The notes under the pieces: generated by a model
The model's input: only the letters and a program-made list of their open reading frames with translations
What the model was told of the DNA's origin: nothing
The model's database searches: none
Shown: positions 11,900-23,369 of the stretch, piece after piece
Numbering within the stretch: position 1 is the stretch's first letter
Layout of the letters: each line of letters starts with the position of its first letter
Program-made: the position numbers and the translations under genes
Origin: Macrostomum lignano
Lineage: Eukaryota
Length of the DNA stretch: 64,000 nt
Assembly: GCA_002269645.1 (NCBI GenBank)
Contig: NIVC01000293.1
Coordinates: forward strand, 310,001-374,000
Direction of reading: 5' to 3'

Positions 11900-12297
11900 G
11901 TTTTTGCTCTTTGGTCGGTAGGATGGAGTGGAGCCAAGATTTCTGACCACTTATTCTCCATCCACGGTGAGAACAGCCTGAAAAAAACTGCAATTTACGG
12001 ATGGATCGAACGCTTTAGAGATGGCCAGTCTGCTGTGAATGAATTCAAAATGAAAAACTCCAAAAATGGAGATGAAAAAATTATTGCCATAGATTGTTGA
12101 GGTTGTGTAACACTACCCCTGACCTTTGCGCAAGTTTCTTGCTGTAGCTCTTGAATAAAAAAAGATATCAACATGATTTTAACTTTGTATTCTTTGTGAC
12201 AAAATTTCCTTTCATTTGACACTATGGGCGTGAAATTTCATGGCTCTGTTGAAGAGCTACGTTAGACATTCCGGGAACTTTTGGGACACCCCTCGTA
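11900..12297 (+). mobile_element. Tc1/mariner relic (internally deleted)
   Basis: HTH-like KISDHLFSIHGENSLKKTAIYGWIERFRDGQSAVNE. The right TIR reads TACGAGGGGTGTCCCAAAAGTTCC on the minus strand (ends 12295, followed by TA). No left TIR was found. Confidence 0.7.
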
Positions 12298-12445
12298 ATA
12301 GTGCAAGTTTGAAGAAAAGCGGTTCACACAATGTTAAGTTAAGCCAAAATTCGTATAGATAGATACATAGGTTGGTAGATAGTTCTATTTTTAGTATAAC
12401 TGAATGATGATGATTAGTCATTTGGTTCGTATTTTCTGCTTTCAG

Positions 12446-13735
12446 ATGTCGAATTTTTATTTTTATTTCGGCCGCGATGGCGGCCCTGCCGGTGGCGGCC
12501 GTGGCGGCCATGGCGGCGGTGGCGGCCTCGGCGGTGGCGTCGGTGGCGGCCGCGGCGGTGGCGGCAACGGCGGTGGCGGCCATCCGGGTGGCGGCGGTGG
12601 CGGCCATGGCGGCGGTGGCGTCGGTGGCGGCCGCGGCGGTGGCGGCCATCCGGGTGGCGGCGGTGGCGGCCATGGCGGCGGTGGCGGCCAAGGCGGTGGC
12701 GGCCGCGGCGGTGGCGGCCATCCGGGTGGCGGCGGTGGCAGTAATGGCGGCGGTGGCGGCCAAGGCGGCGGTGGCGGCCGCGACGGTGGCGGCCATTCGG
12801 GTGGCGGCGGTGACAGTAATGGCGGCGGTGGCGGCCAAGGCGGCGGTGGCGGCCGCGACGGTGGCGGCCATCCGGGTGGCGGTAGTGGCGGCGGTGGCGG
12901 CCAAGGTGGCGGCCGCGGCCGTGGCGGCAGTGGCGGCGGTGGCGGCCATTTCGGCAGTGGCGGCGGTGGCGGCCATTTCGGCAGTGGCGGCGGTGGCGGC
13001 CATTTCGGCAGTGGCGGCGGTGGCGGCCATTTCGGCAGTGGCGGCGGTGGCGGCCATTTCGGCAGTGGCAGCCGCGGCGGTGGCGGCGGCGGCGGCGGTG
13101 GCGGCAGACGAAGTTATCGTGAGTAAAGCAAACACTAAATTTTCAATTTAGCAGTCTAAAACATAAATTTGTTGTTAAAATTATTACATATTTCTACATT
13201 ATCTTAGTTAACGTAAGCAACCTTTTTTCCAAATTTTAAATTTGTAGGATGCTATCGATGTAAAGTTCTCGGGCACGTTGCCCGAGAATGTAAATTGACG
13301 CGGCGCAACGTAAGTTCATGTGCAAATGTATTTGATTACTCTCATTAATTACTAAATCCTTTAAAGAAGTTATAGCTGCAAAAGCTTGCGTTTTAATTTT
13401 AAGCACACAAAATTTGTGACTAACTGAAAATGATAATTAAATTAATATTAAATTTAATTTAGGCCCCTGCTACAGCTGCTCCTGCTGCAGCTGCTACTGC
13501 TGCAGCTGATACTGCAGGTGCAGCGGCTGCACGTTCGGCCACTGCCCGTGCGGCAGCAGCACGTGCGGCAATTGCCCGTGCGGCAGCAGCACGTGCGGCA
13601 GCTGCACGTGCGGCAGCTGCACGTGCGGCAAGTATTCCAGCTGCCGTCTCGACGTCTGCTCCTGCTGCTTCTGCTGAATCTGGGACTGGGGCTGGGTCTG
13701 GGGCTGGGGCTGGGGGTAGGTGCGTTGTGCAATAG
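12446..13735 (+). CDS. Predicted 3-exon gene (12446-13118, 13248-13309, 13463-13735): Gly/His-rich region + CCHC zinc knuckle + Ala/Arg-rich tail, about 335 aa
   Basis: GTGAGT...TGTAG and GTAAGT...TTTAG introns join in phase (1 and 0) to give ...GGGRRSYR-CYRCKVLGHVAREC-KLTRRN-APATAAP...(ARAAA)n...GRCVVQ*. An upstream exon is possible because TTTCAG precedes the ATG. Confidence 0.7.
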
Positions 13736-14381
13736 GCAGTGTTGGGCACTATATTGAAAATTTTAAATTCCGCTATGACGCCAATTATTATTAATACAAA
13801 TAAGTTAATTGTTTATAAACACTTAACGGCAGGTCAGTAGTGTTAATGAAAAGTATTTTCAGGTCTGGCATAGGTATTCTGGCACAGATAAATGTTGATC
13901 AGCTCTATGCAGTACATAAAGCCTGGTTCACATTTCCGCAAATAGCTCCGTGCTTCAAACTAATAGCAGTTCGCCGCCGCTACCAGCTGATTGCGAACGC
14001 TACTATCCGTGCGCAGCTCTACTATCCGAAAGTCCGCCGCTCCTGGCGGACTCTAATAGTGATTTTATTTGGTTCTATTCATTAGAACTAGAAAGGACAA
14101 TATAACTTTCAATTTTATGCATGGCAAACGAAACCGAAATGCACCCCATTCACATAAACACTCACAACTCCTTGCTTTGAGTTGTCCGCTTCTGCAGCAT
14201 GGATGGCAGGGGTAGGTGTACAGTAAATTTAAACGATAGTGTCATTGCTCACTGCTCACTGTACAATGAGTACAGACAATTTCTTGCGCAACCAAACAGG
14301 AGCACAGCTGGAGGCCATATGAAACGAATAGAATCATGCTCTATTCTTCACCCCACACTCCACACAACTTGATACCTGGAA

Positions 14382-15208
14382 ATGTCCGACTTGTCACACG
14401 AGACTCCGGAGTTGGATGCAACTCTGATAGATGAAGTTGCCAAACATGAAGTTGTCTACAAAATCTCAAGCCGAAAATTCAAGGATCATCAGGCGAAAAC
14501 CAGCGCATGGAATCAGATCGCTGAGACTTTGGGCAAGGATGCAACTTGGTGCCTTAAGCGGTTTCAAGGTCTCAAGCGTGACTACTTTGTTTTCCGGCGT
14601 GGAAGCAAGCTTTCGAGTGGAAGTGCGGTCAAGCCTACTCCCAGGCGGTTGGGAATATACAGTCGCATGAACTTCCTGGACAAGTGTGACTACATTGGCG
14701 ATACTACCTCAAATGTGCCTCCGCCCACACCAGAACTTGTAGCTGTGGGATCTGCTGGACCCTCTCAGCAGGCAACCTCGGTCAATGAAAAGGCGCAACA
14801 GTCCAGTCGAGCAGAGGCACAGGCTGCAACAACTGACCCCAGTGAGGCGTCAATGCGAGAGTTTGCGGAAAGTGCGCCAAAAAGGCCAGAAAGGCAACTG
14901 CAACAGAAGCATCAAAGCTGGATACTGCCCTCAGCCAGTTGACCCAGCAACTGACAAAAGATGAGGACGAATATGCCTCCTTTGGCCAAGCAATTGGACA
15001 GGCCATCCGTCGGCTTCCAACGCAAATTGAGCGCGACTATGCCATGGCGCACCTGCGGAGCGAGTTGTTCACAATCCAACTCCACGGCCTGCCCCGAAGC
15101 GTTGCCATCCGAACTGAGCCTGCCGCTGATGCCGCTGCTGGATCAGTTTCCTTCGACGACATGCTCGGCTCCATCATATCCACGGTCACACCTCCCAATG
15201 ACTCCTAG
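14382..15208 (+). CDS. Harbinger MADF (Myb/SANT-like) DNA-binding protein, frameshifted near 14845-14940
   Basis: LIDEVAKHEVVYKISSRKFKDHQAKTSAWNQIAETLG (MADF). The second frame continues KCAKKARK...KLDTALSQLTQQLTKDEDEYASFGQAIG. Confidence 0.85.
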
Positions 15209-15539
15209 AAGTGCGTGAGATAAAAGCGATAGAGTGCAATATTTTGCAAACTAGAAGGAAATCTTTTTTTCCTTTTTTTCATGACCAGATTGCATTGTGC
15301 GTGTCAGAGAGCAAGTGCAGAGATCGAGAGAGACAGAAAATATAATGAAATCATAAATGAATATGTTGAAAATATTGTCTCCACAGTCTTGCCAATTTAT
15401 TTACGAGTTTGGATTACTTTCTGCTGCAGCATTGTACTTTCTCGCCGCCTTGTTTGAAATTTCCACAAAATTAGCTCATAAATTCACGTTCTGTATGCGA
15501 AATAAACATGCGGAATAAATTAATGATTCATCAACAGTG

Positions 15540-16880
15540 TTATCGATTATCATCAGTAGGTACATGTATCATTGCGCTCTGCCATGGAATGGCACCATTG
15601 GGGCTGACGAAGAAGTCCCTCAGCAGCATCTGTTGCTCCCGAGCGGAGGCGCTGCTTCGATTTCCACCCAGATTCCGGGCTGGCATTACCCCGACGCTGC
15701 CTGTCACGGTGGATCTCCATGAACCCTCCTGTACCTGGCCGGTGGGCAGTTCCTGGTCAACACTTCCAGGTGGCATGTAGGACCGAGTTGCTGTAATTTT
15801 GGCCTCGTCCTCTATTCGCACGAAGTTTTGCAGTACGAATGCGCACCGAAAAAAGGCCTCAACGTGATCGATTCTCGCTATGACAGGCCGCAGGAAGAGT
15901 CGCCAGCGAGTCACCAGGATTCCAAACGCATTCTCAATTGTGCGTCTTGCTCGAGACAGCCGGTAGTTGAACACTTGCGTCTTGTAGTCCAATGGTACCA
16001 TTCCGCCGCGCCCAGGGAATGGGCGCATGAGATAATTCTTCAGCGGGAAAGCCTCATCACCGACAATTGCAAATGGCATGACGAGGCTGCTGCCAGAAAT
16101 GCAGGAAGGCTCCAGGACTTTCACCCATCCAGACTCCAATCCAGCGTACAAGGCTGAACGTGAGAAGACTCCAGCGTCTCCTTCTCTCCCTGAGCTGCCA
16201 CTCTCTATGTACGTGAAGATGTAGTTACTGTCGCACATGGCGAGTACCAGTGAGCTGAACTGTTGCTTGTAATTGAAGTACTGGGAGCCGGTGTTTCTTG
16301 GACAATGAACCTTGAAATGCTTGCCGTCAATTGCACCGAGGCAGTTCGGAAAATGCCACTTTTCCCAGAATCCACCAGCGATTGCTTTCCATTCTTCTGC
16401 AGATGCAGGAAACTTTAGATATGTTGACGCCAGCTTGTCGTAGATGGCAATCGCAGTCTCGAACACGACCCCTGACACAGTAGAGCGTCCTCGGCCAAAT
16501 CGAAACGACAAGTCGGCTTGGCTGCAACCCGAAGCCAGGTAGCAAAGCGTCATCATTAGCTTCTCCTCTGCCGGAACGGCCTCTCTTCTTGCACATGGCC
16601 AGGAGAGTTTGGTTGCAACCAGTGAAAACAGATGCTCAAACCGAGCCGGGCGCATGCGCATATACTTGAAGTACATCTCCGAGTCTCTATCTCGCAGATG
16701 TGGGATCAATCCGGCAAACTCGCCAAGCTCTTCTCTTCGTTGATGACTCGGTCTCCGCCACCATTGCCTAGGGCGGCGGCCTTGCCTGATCAGCCTACGA
16801 TGTTGCAGTATCGTTACGATTGCCAGTAGCAGTAGCTTCTTGGCTCGTGAAAGCATGTTTGAAATCTGAATGCTGGTCAC
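15540..16880 (-). CDS. Harbinger DDE transposase (DDE_Tnp_4-like), intact 446 aa
   Basis: Motifs YLASGCSQADLSFRFG, FPNCLGAIDGKH, YFNYKQQFS, IVGDEAFPL and FNYRLSRARRTIENAFGIL. Confidence 0.95.
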   Translation of the reverse strand: MTSIQISNMLSRAKKLLLLAIVTILQHRRLIRQGRRPRQWWRRPSHQRREELGEFAGLIPHLRDRDSEMYFKYMRMRPARFEHLFSLVATKLSWPCARREAVPAEEKLMMTLCYLASGCSQADLSFRFGRGRSTVSGVVFETAIAIYDKLASTYLKFPASAEEWKAIAGGFWEKWHFPNCLGAIDGKHFKVHCPRNTGSQYFNYKQQFSSLVLAMCDSNYIFTYIESGSSGREGDAGVFSRSALYAGLESGWVKVLEPSCISGSSLVMPFAIVGDEAFPLKNYLMRPFPGRGGMVPLDYKTQVFNYRLSRARRTIENAFGILVTRWRLFLRPVIARIDHVEAFFRCAFVLQNFVRIEDEAKITATRSYMPPGSVDQELPTGQVQEGSWRSTVTGSVGVMPARNLGGNRSSASAREQQMLLRDFFVSPNGAIPWQSAMIHVPTDDNR

Positions 16881-17152
16881 GGCTTTCTGGTCAAGATTTT
16901 TTAGATTGAAAACGCCCTGTCCGAAGCACAGATAGGGCTAGCACTAGACTGAATTACTTTATATACTCGTAACAGTGGCCAAGAATCAAATATTGCCTAT
17001 TATCTTCGCGGGTTAAATTGAACTGCATGGCGATGCATCTATTTGAGGCCGATAGTAGCACCCGCTAAAAGTGCTCGCGCTGAGCTAGCAGATTTCTGAA
17101 AATCAGCTATTAGCTGTGAGCGTCGGCTATTTGCGGAAATGTGAACCAGGCT

Positions 17153-17456
17153 TAATGAGAGATTTCTTCTTTCTCCATCTTCAAGAGATTGTAATGTTTC
17201 AGATCTCAATGGCATTTGCTATAGGATTGTTAATGTGCTGTGTGACAAAATCAATCAAAATCACCTCATAGTTTGCCAAAGATACAAGTGCAAAAAGTCC
17301 TATTTTGACTATCCTATGGATTCATGCAAAATATCAATTTTTGTTGTATCTGATTTGGATTACAATATCACATGCTTACCTTTGAAGAACATTTCAAAGA
17401 AGTTTTGTGGTATTCCCATAGATTCCGGAATGCTTTTTGTCCCTATGCTTCTTTAG
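17153..17456 (+). pseudogene. EnSpm/CACTA transposase C-terminal fragment (begins about 13860, split by the Harbinger)
   Basis: SRDCNVSDLNGICYRIVNVLCD...YFDYPMDSCKISIFVVSDL...ISKKFCGIPIDSGMLFVPML matches the typical EnSpm C-terminal pattern. Confidence 0.7.
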
Positions 17457-17489
17457 ACAAAATAGTTCTGCTTTGCGCTGCAATTTTCA

Positions 17490-18936
17490 GACTCTTTTTC
17501 CATTGTTCTTTTCCCTGAAGTGGATGTGGAGTATGTGAGTGAAAAGTGGCTTATTGGAAGGATACAGTGCAGATGGCCGAAATGTGGATCTGCAGAAATC
17601 AAGCGCCTGCGAAGTCGTCACGCTCCAACATCCAATGATTGGGAATCACATTCCTGTTAACTGCTGTCCTGCACACCTGAGGCCACTGCGAGGTTAAGGT
17701 TGGTGCGAGCTGTTGAGGGTAATGATGACCTTACTCCTGATGCAGATGCTCTGCAATCCCGCGAGTCATTTCCACTTAAAATATTTTGCCACAAGAGCTT
17801 TCCTTTAAAAATAAATAATCGTGTCGATAATCATGCTTCTAAAACAGCAAGCTCCAGTGAGGAGTCGGATGATTCGGATGGAGATCTGTCGAGCTTCTTT
17901 GTACAGCCGTTTCCAGAAGCCTCCGGTATGCTTCTTTTCTAAGCATAATGCATTGTGGTTTGTTTTAAACATTTTAATTCAACATTTTATTTTGCTATAG
18001 TGCCGACAGTTGCCAGTACAGGCCGATGGGGCGTTTCCTGGTCGAAGTGCGTCTTTTGTGGCGCTGACACCGACAGTTGCCAGTACAGCCGACGGAGCGA
18101 CTCCTGGTCTAAATGCATCTTTTGCGGCGCCGACAGTTGCCAGTGTAGCCGACGCAGCGACTCCTGGTCGAAATGCATCTTTTGCGGCGCCGACAGTTGC
18201 CAGTGCAGCCGACGCAGCGACTCCTGGTCGATGCTTTTCGCAACAGCAATCGACAGGTATAAGAAAAAAATTTCAATACAAGAATTTTCGTTGAATCTCT
18301 TGGGCGCTTTTGAGTCCTCTATGTTTCTAGCCTTATTTCTTATCATTTCTGTATACTGTGCATTTTTGTAATATTATTGCAGCGTTTGAGCGTGTTGCGC
18401 TGAGAGAGCTCGCAATTATGAAAAAACAACTCGACGATATGGGACGACAAGTTTCTTTCCCTGCTACACGTCGAGGGGGCAGATCAACCTACCTGTGTCG
18501 CTGCCATGTATTTCAATAGATGACTTTAATCTATTGTGCGACTTTGTTGCTACCGATGATGGCAATTTGGAAAATTTGGTAAGAATAATTTTTGTCTTCA
18601 ATGCGTAGATAGTACGCAGACATACATATTGTCTAATAAATTATAATTGTTTTATTGCAGAAAAGGCAGATGGCCTGTGTCGGCGGCAAGGATGTGAAGG
18701 ATGTGGTGCGTCGGATTATACGCAAACTGCTCACTCCTGCTACAGCATCATTATTTAGCTTCTGTAGACAGCGGGGCAAAAGGGCATTTCGCTCGACACG
18801 TCTCTGGCCGGTTCTACTTGCTGCAGCCAAACTGTCATTGAAGACAAACGACAACGATGTCGAAAATGCTGCAAAGGAACAATTAAAGCATGCCATTGAC
18901 CCTGTGCGCAATCGAAAAAGTACACTGCATCCTTAA
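17490..18936 (+). pseudogene. Spliced DUF4806-like gene (EnSpm ORF2)
   Basis: N-terminal FSIVLFPEVDVEYVSEKWLIGRIQCRWP with an in-frame TAA near 17660. C-terminal VGGKDVKDVVRRIIRKLLTPATASLFSFCRQRGKRAF...LKHA. Several GT-AG introns are present. Confidence 0.75.
17999..18240 (+). repeat. About 60-bp tandem repeat x4 (encodes PTVAS.AD.ATPG.NASFAA)
   Basis: GCCGACAGTTGCCAGT recurs four times. Confidence 0.9.
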
Positions 18937-20172
18937 TTTAAGATTAGAAATTCGCAATGATTTAGTGTGAAAGTACATAATTAGGACATTCAAACGCGTA
19001 AAAAACTGTTTATGTAGAAAATTATTATGGCATCCGTTTCATATGGAACTAGTCACAACTTAAAGGTGTAATTAGGAATCAGAAATCCACTTAATGTTTG
19101 TCCGAAAATATTTGTTTTCTTCTTTCTGTTTACCTTTCTATTTCATTGAAAAACTTAGTAGATCACCTAAAATCCTAAAAAAGCAACAGAGAGAATGACA
19201 GCTACTGTCAGCTACCTGCCAGCAATGAAAAACCACTTCCACAATCTACCTGTTTGAGGAATTCTAACCAGCCCTAAACTTTGAAAAATTTGGAATACAT
19301 TTATAAAAAAACTCCTGTTTTCTGTCCCGTTGACCCCGTTAACGTTGTTCATCATTATAGTTTCACCCAAACTTTAGAGACTAGACTTCGCGGTCATAGG
19401 CCACATGGTCACGTCTTAGAAAAGTTAGGTCGGTTTTTGCATGTTGATTTTGACATTTGATTATTTTTAAAGTATTTTTATAGCCGACTTAAGCCTACGA
19501 GTATCGAGCATAAAACATGTGCTTAAAAGTGCAACATTTTTTAGCCCTTTCTTATTGTGTAAATAAGAAAATGCGCTGACACACCGAAACTGTTAAAGTA
19601 GCAATAATGTTTGTTTTTTTCTTTTATTCAGCTAATATTTACTTTCCTATGTTTACAAATCACAATTACGATTATATTTTTATTACGATATAATTACAAA
19701 TTGTATTTTTAATATTAAAAAAATTACTTCTAAATGGTGCTCTCTATAGCTACTCGGTGCCTACTTTTATGATCCGTTTTTTGTATCATTTCATTCACTT
19801 GCTCCATAATTCAGCAATTGTCAATGAATTTTAAGATAAAAAATAAATCCTAAGAACTCAGAGAATGACAAGAACTAAACTGAATTAAATAAATAAACAA
19901 AAATTAAAATTAAATGTAACTCTACATAGCGCCATCTTTTGCTATGGACTTGGACTTGGAACTTGGAAGCATTGTCACTGTAGCTATGTACAATATAATT
20001 TTTAATAAAATTGCGAGGTCGCATACTGGTCGCACAGAAGGTATATGGCGACGTAAACTCGTCGCCAAAAATTTGTATGTCGACGTCGCCCAGCGCGACA
20101 AACTTTATCAGTTTGCGACGTATTTTGGTGACGTGTAGTCGACGTGGGGACGACGAAACAGGTTACCTGGGT

Positions 20173-20415
20173 ACCCTGGACGACATCAACGACTGGTGCG
20201 ACACGTGGAACATGGATGCCCAAATACAGTTACACCACGTTCAGCCTCGCACCGTCAGAGACCAGAGCCAAGATGCCACTGCAGCTGAACATCCACAGCC
20301 AGACGCTCAGATAAGACCCCAAGCCCACATTCCTAGGCATCAAGCTAGACGGTCAACCTACTTTTAGCGGCCACGCTAAGGACTTATGCCGACGCATGAC
20401 TTCCAGAACGACGAT
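20173..20415 (+). pseudogene. Non-LTR retrotransposon RT C-terminal fragment
   Basis: TLDDINDWCDTWNM...PTFLGIKLDGQPTFSGHAKDLCRRM matches the W..W / LG..LD..LTF..H pattern. It begins immediately after the EnSpm right end. Confidence 0.7.
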
Positions 20416-20829
20416 CGCTGTAGGCCTTACAGGCGTTCTGCCTTCAACTATCCCCAAGAGTGTTTGCCTACTCCAAGGGCGCCTTGTCCACTAGAGACGT
20501 ACTGGCGACCCTAAGGGCGTTATTCTACTGAAGGCGTTCTGCCAGCCCCAATAGATGTTTTCCCTGTAGGTTATAGGGTTCCCATGGAAATCCGTACGCT
20601 AACCAGGCAACTTTAGTCCGCTGTGAAAGCCCCTATAGACTGGAGAGATATTAAATTAAAAGCAGTGTCTTACAGCTCGGGAACTACACGCAACCAGGGT
20701 GACGTTGAACCGTCGAAGCTGCATTCGCCGGCCCTACAACAACCGCTTCAAAGTTTCGGCAAAATTTCTTTCGTTGAGCAGTTTCAGAAGCCGGAGGAGA
20801 AATCAAAAACAGGGATGACTCATCTGCGG

Positions 20830-21608
20830 TCTGATGTATCAACAGCTCGTAGGCAAGCTGTTGGTAAATGACCGTCATAGTTTGACCTTCATGGACCTAC
20901 GACTTCGTTTTAAAAGTACGCCGAAAACTATTGCAAACAGGCTATTGTCGAGCCTATTTCGAAATTGGAGCGTATCGTCATGCTCCGATTGAATGACAAT
21001 AGACATCCTGGAGCCCAGAGTTATCAGCCACCGCAGCATGTCCTGAACTCCAGTAACCATAATCACAAGAACCGTAGGCCACTGAAGTGTTTTAGGTGTG
21101 GGGAGACAGACCATCTGATCGCAGTGTTTCTATCCCAGAGAGCCAGGTGCCAGTGTGGCCCCATCGAAGTTCAGGGCCCCGCAGCCGTTCGTCGACCTAA
21201 AGGACAGAGGGAAGTCGAGCCCGAGACCGCCGAGAGAGAGAGGGGGTAGTGACCCACTGGAAGGGATCTTACGGGTTCGTCCGATCCTCCCAAATCGGAG
21301 ATTCAGTTTTCGTGCACCTGTCCCAGCTAGTGCAGCCCCTGATGGACCTGGCCTTAAACCACCAGCTAGTGGGCACCTATGTGACCTTCGGCCGTGTTGC
21401 TGACGCTGGAAAGACAAGAGACCGGGCCATCAGCGTGACCGCAGATTCGGTAGACTCCAAGTGTGCGGGGGCCTCTTCCGACCTGCCCCACTACAAGGCG
21501 GGATTCTATGTTCAGATCGAAGTCGGAGAGACGGAGACCGTGGCCTCTCAAACTCAAAAAGCTTGCGGTTTTTACCGAAGAGTGGCAAGCCTGAAAAGTC
21601 CACTATGA
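20830..21608 (+). pseudogene. Decayed gag-like ORF with CCHC knuckle, RS-rich linker and cold-shock domain
   Basis: KCFRCGETDHLIAV (last Cys lost by frameshift), then PRSRSST*...RDRREREGVVTHWKGSYGFVRSSQIGDSVFVHLSQL...VGTYVTF (CSD RNP1/RNP2-like). Confidence 0.6.
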
Positions 21609-21629
21609 AGTTTAAAGAAGCCTTTCAGC

Positions 21630-22505
21630 TGCATCGATTCGTGAGCTCTCAACAGCGCTAATTGACGAGGAGAGTTTCGACTTCATCTGCACCCGCAGTC
21701 TGACACAAGATCATGTGGAAGTTTTAGAATGATTTTATTGACAATAAATTGAAACAGCGCGTTATCAACTAAATAATAAACAATTTGCAACTTTTCCAGA
21801 ATCTCTTCAGTATCATAAAAGGCCGATATGGTTTCAATGAGAAGCCTAAGCAGGCAGCATTTGTCGGAGCATTGAGATCAGTGATCAGTGGCAGCGAGCG
21901 GACTTGATTGCCCTGATTCTACAGGACGAAATTGTGAAGACGATTAGTGCACTGCGGCTGTGACAGCCAATCTTTTGTCTGCTGCTACAGACACCAGCTG
22001 CGCATCTTCAAGCGACTTTCCTACGACCAGCGTTGCTCAGCAGGCATCCCAGCCATCTCAACCAGATCCTATTCTTGCTGAAGCTACTGAGTACGTCGGT
22101 GGCTTTGTGCTCAAAGCGAGCCGTGTTTTGGAGTGCTGCGCATGCAAGCAGGTGCTAACTGCCGCATAGCCTAGTGGTTTAAACCTAAAGAACAAGCTAT
22201 TTAGCCATGCCTGGCGCAAACTTCAGCCGCTGCCCTTCAGGCGTTTTCAAGATTAGAGGCGTCCTTTTTACAAAAAAAAAACGGAAACATGCGCGTTGCA
22301 TCCAAAGGTGGCTGCACAAATTGTTACAAACTCCTGGCTGATGAATTTTTCCGGCTTGCAGTGCACATTTTCTGATGTGCACAACAGTATTGTCTTAGCA
22401 TTTGATCGCTTGCGGTTTCACCATTAGTGTCGGGAAAAGATGCGAAGCTTGAGAGCTGCTGCTTACAAGCGGTGTGCAGTTCGCAAAGTAAAAATGGTAA
22501 AACTG
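21630..22505 (+). pseudogene. P-element/THAP9-type transposase C-terminal fragment with an intron at 21721-21799
   Basis: SIRELSTALIDEESFDFICTRSLTQDHVE|NLFSIIKGRYGFNEKP...F; EYVGGFVLK...CCACKQVL; F.RLRFHH. Confidence 0.8.
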
Positions 22506-23140
22506 AGCAGACATTTTTATTTAATTAGCCTGCTTGTAGAAAAGCACAAACAAATCTTGCAGCTTTAAAACTTGTATTTCGTTCAAAACTAGATAAATTT
22601 GATTTTCACTTTTATAAAGGCAAAAACGCTAATTTTGCTACTAAAAAGACTAGAAAACGCATTTTTGCGGTTGAAATATATAGTTATTCTAGTATCTGCG
22701 ACTAAAACTTAAAGGCTTACAGAAACAGATATAAAAATTTTATTAGATGCACATGTTAAAAAGGAAGACGGATTTTTACCCATTCTTCCAATTCTTCCAT
22801 CTCGAAGTCATAGCCGAATAGAAGGGACGCTGCTGGGACTAAGATCGCATTGGCCATGCAGGGACAGAGAGGACTTCTGCAGGGGGTTCTTGCGCTGGCG
22901 AGCCTTCATACACCACTAAAAGTACTATTTCATTACCGAATTTCCAGAAGTACATGTATAAGTACACGTAACTGCACGCTTTTGGCACTAAATGTGTTAA
23001 CACGTCGACAAATAGCGATGATGTAGATGCATTGTCACTTTCGGAGATCTTTAGACTAATGTTTAACTTACTTTAGCCGCTTAACTGCCTGTGACCGCGC
23101 CAAAGCGCCAGTCTGGCTCTTAATTTGCATGCTTAACATA

Positions 23141-23288
23141 AGTAGTGGATAGAAATATAGGATATGGCCAATGGCCATACATCCCTCCTTTGTCGGGCAC
23201 ATTCACTCTGCCGCTCTCTTGCTTGCTTCGCTCCTCGTTCGGGACATCGTTCATTTGATGTCCATATCCTATATTTTCATCCACTACT
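23141..23288. repeat. 148-bp foldback with AGTAGT...ACTACT ends (27-bp arms, 2 mismatches)
   Basis: AGTAGTGGATAGAAATATAGGATATGG / CCATATCCTATATTTTCATCCACTACT. Confidence 0.85.
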
Positions 23289-23369
23289 TAGAAGTGTTTT
23301 TACTAGTGTGTAAAAAAAAGCTTTATACCCCCCATACTAGGGAAGAGTTATTTATGTTTTGTAAAAACG

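Larger units (their letters stand above)
13920..17152. mobile_element. Complete PIF/Harbinger DNA transposon, 3233 bp
   Basis: Perfect 27-bp TIRs AGCCTGGTTCACATTTCCGCAAATAGC (13920-13946 / 17126-17152), TAA TSD on both sides, and convergent MADF and transposase genes. Confidence 0.96.
13840..20171 (+). mobile_element. EnSpm/CACTA (CMC) element relic; left end not found in the window
   Basis: Transposase C-terminal fragment and DUF4806-like ORF2. The right terminus ...GTTACCTGGG (20171) is preceded by many CGACG subterminal motifs (about 20030-20155). Confidence 0.7.

Noticed and set aside
12257-13151. Poly-Ala/Thr (minus strand) and Ala/Val (alternative + frame) ORFs
   Set aside because: These are alternative readings of the GGC repeat. 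Only the Gly frame splices in phase to the zinc knuckle.
13710-13900. Possible splicing of the Gly-knuckle gene onto the EnSpm transposase tail via GTAGGT
   Set aside because: The phase-1 donor gives immediate stops at both candidate acceptors.
20495-20520. TGGCGACC as a PBS for the knuckle-CSD element
   Set aside because: It is not preceded by a CA-ending LTR and no second LTR was found.
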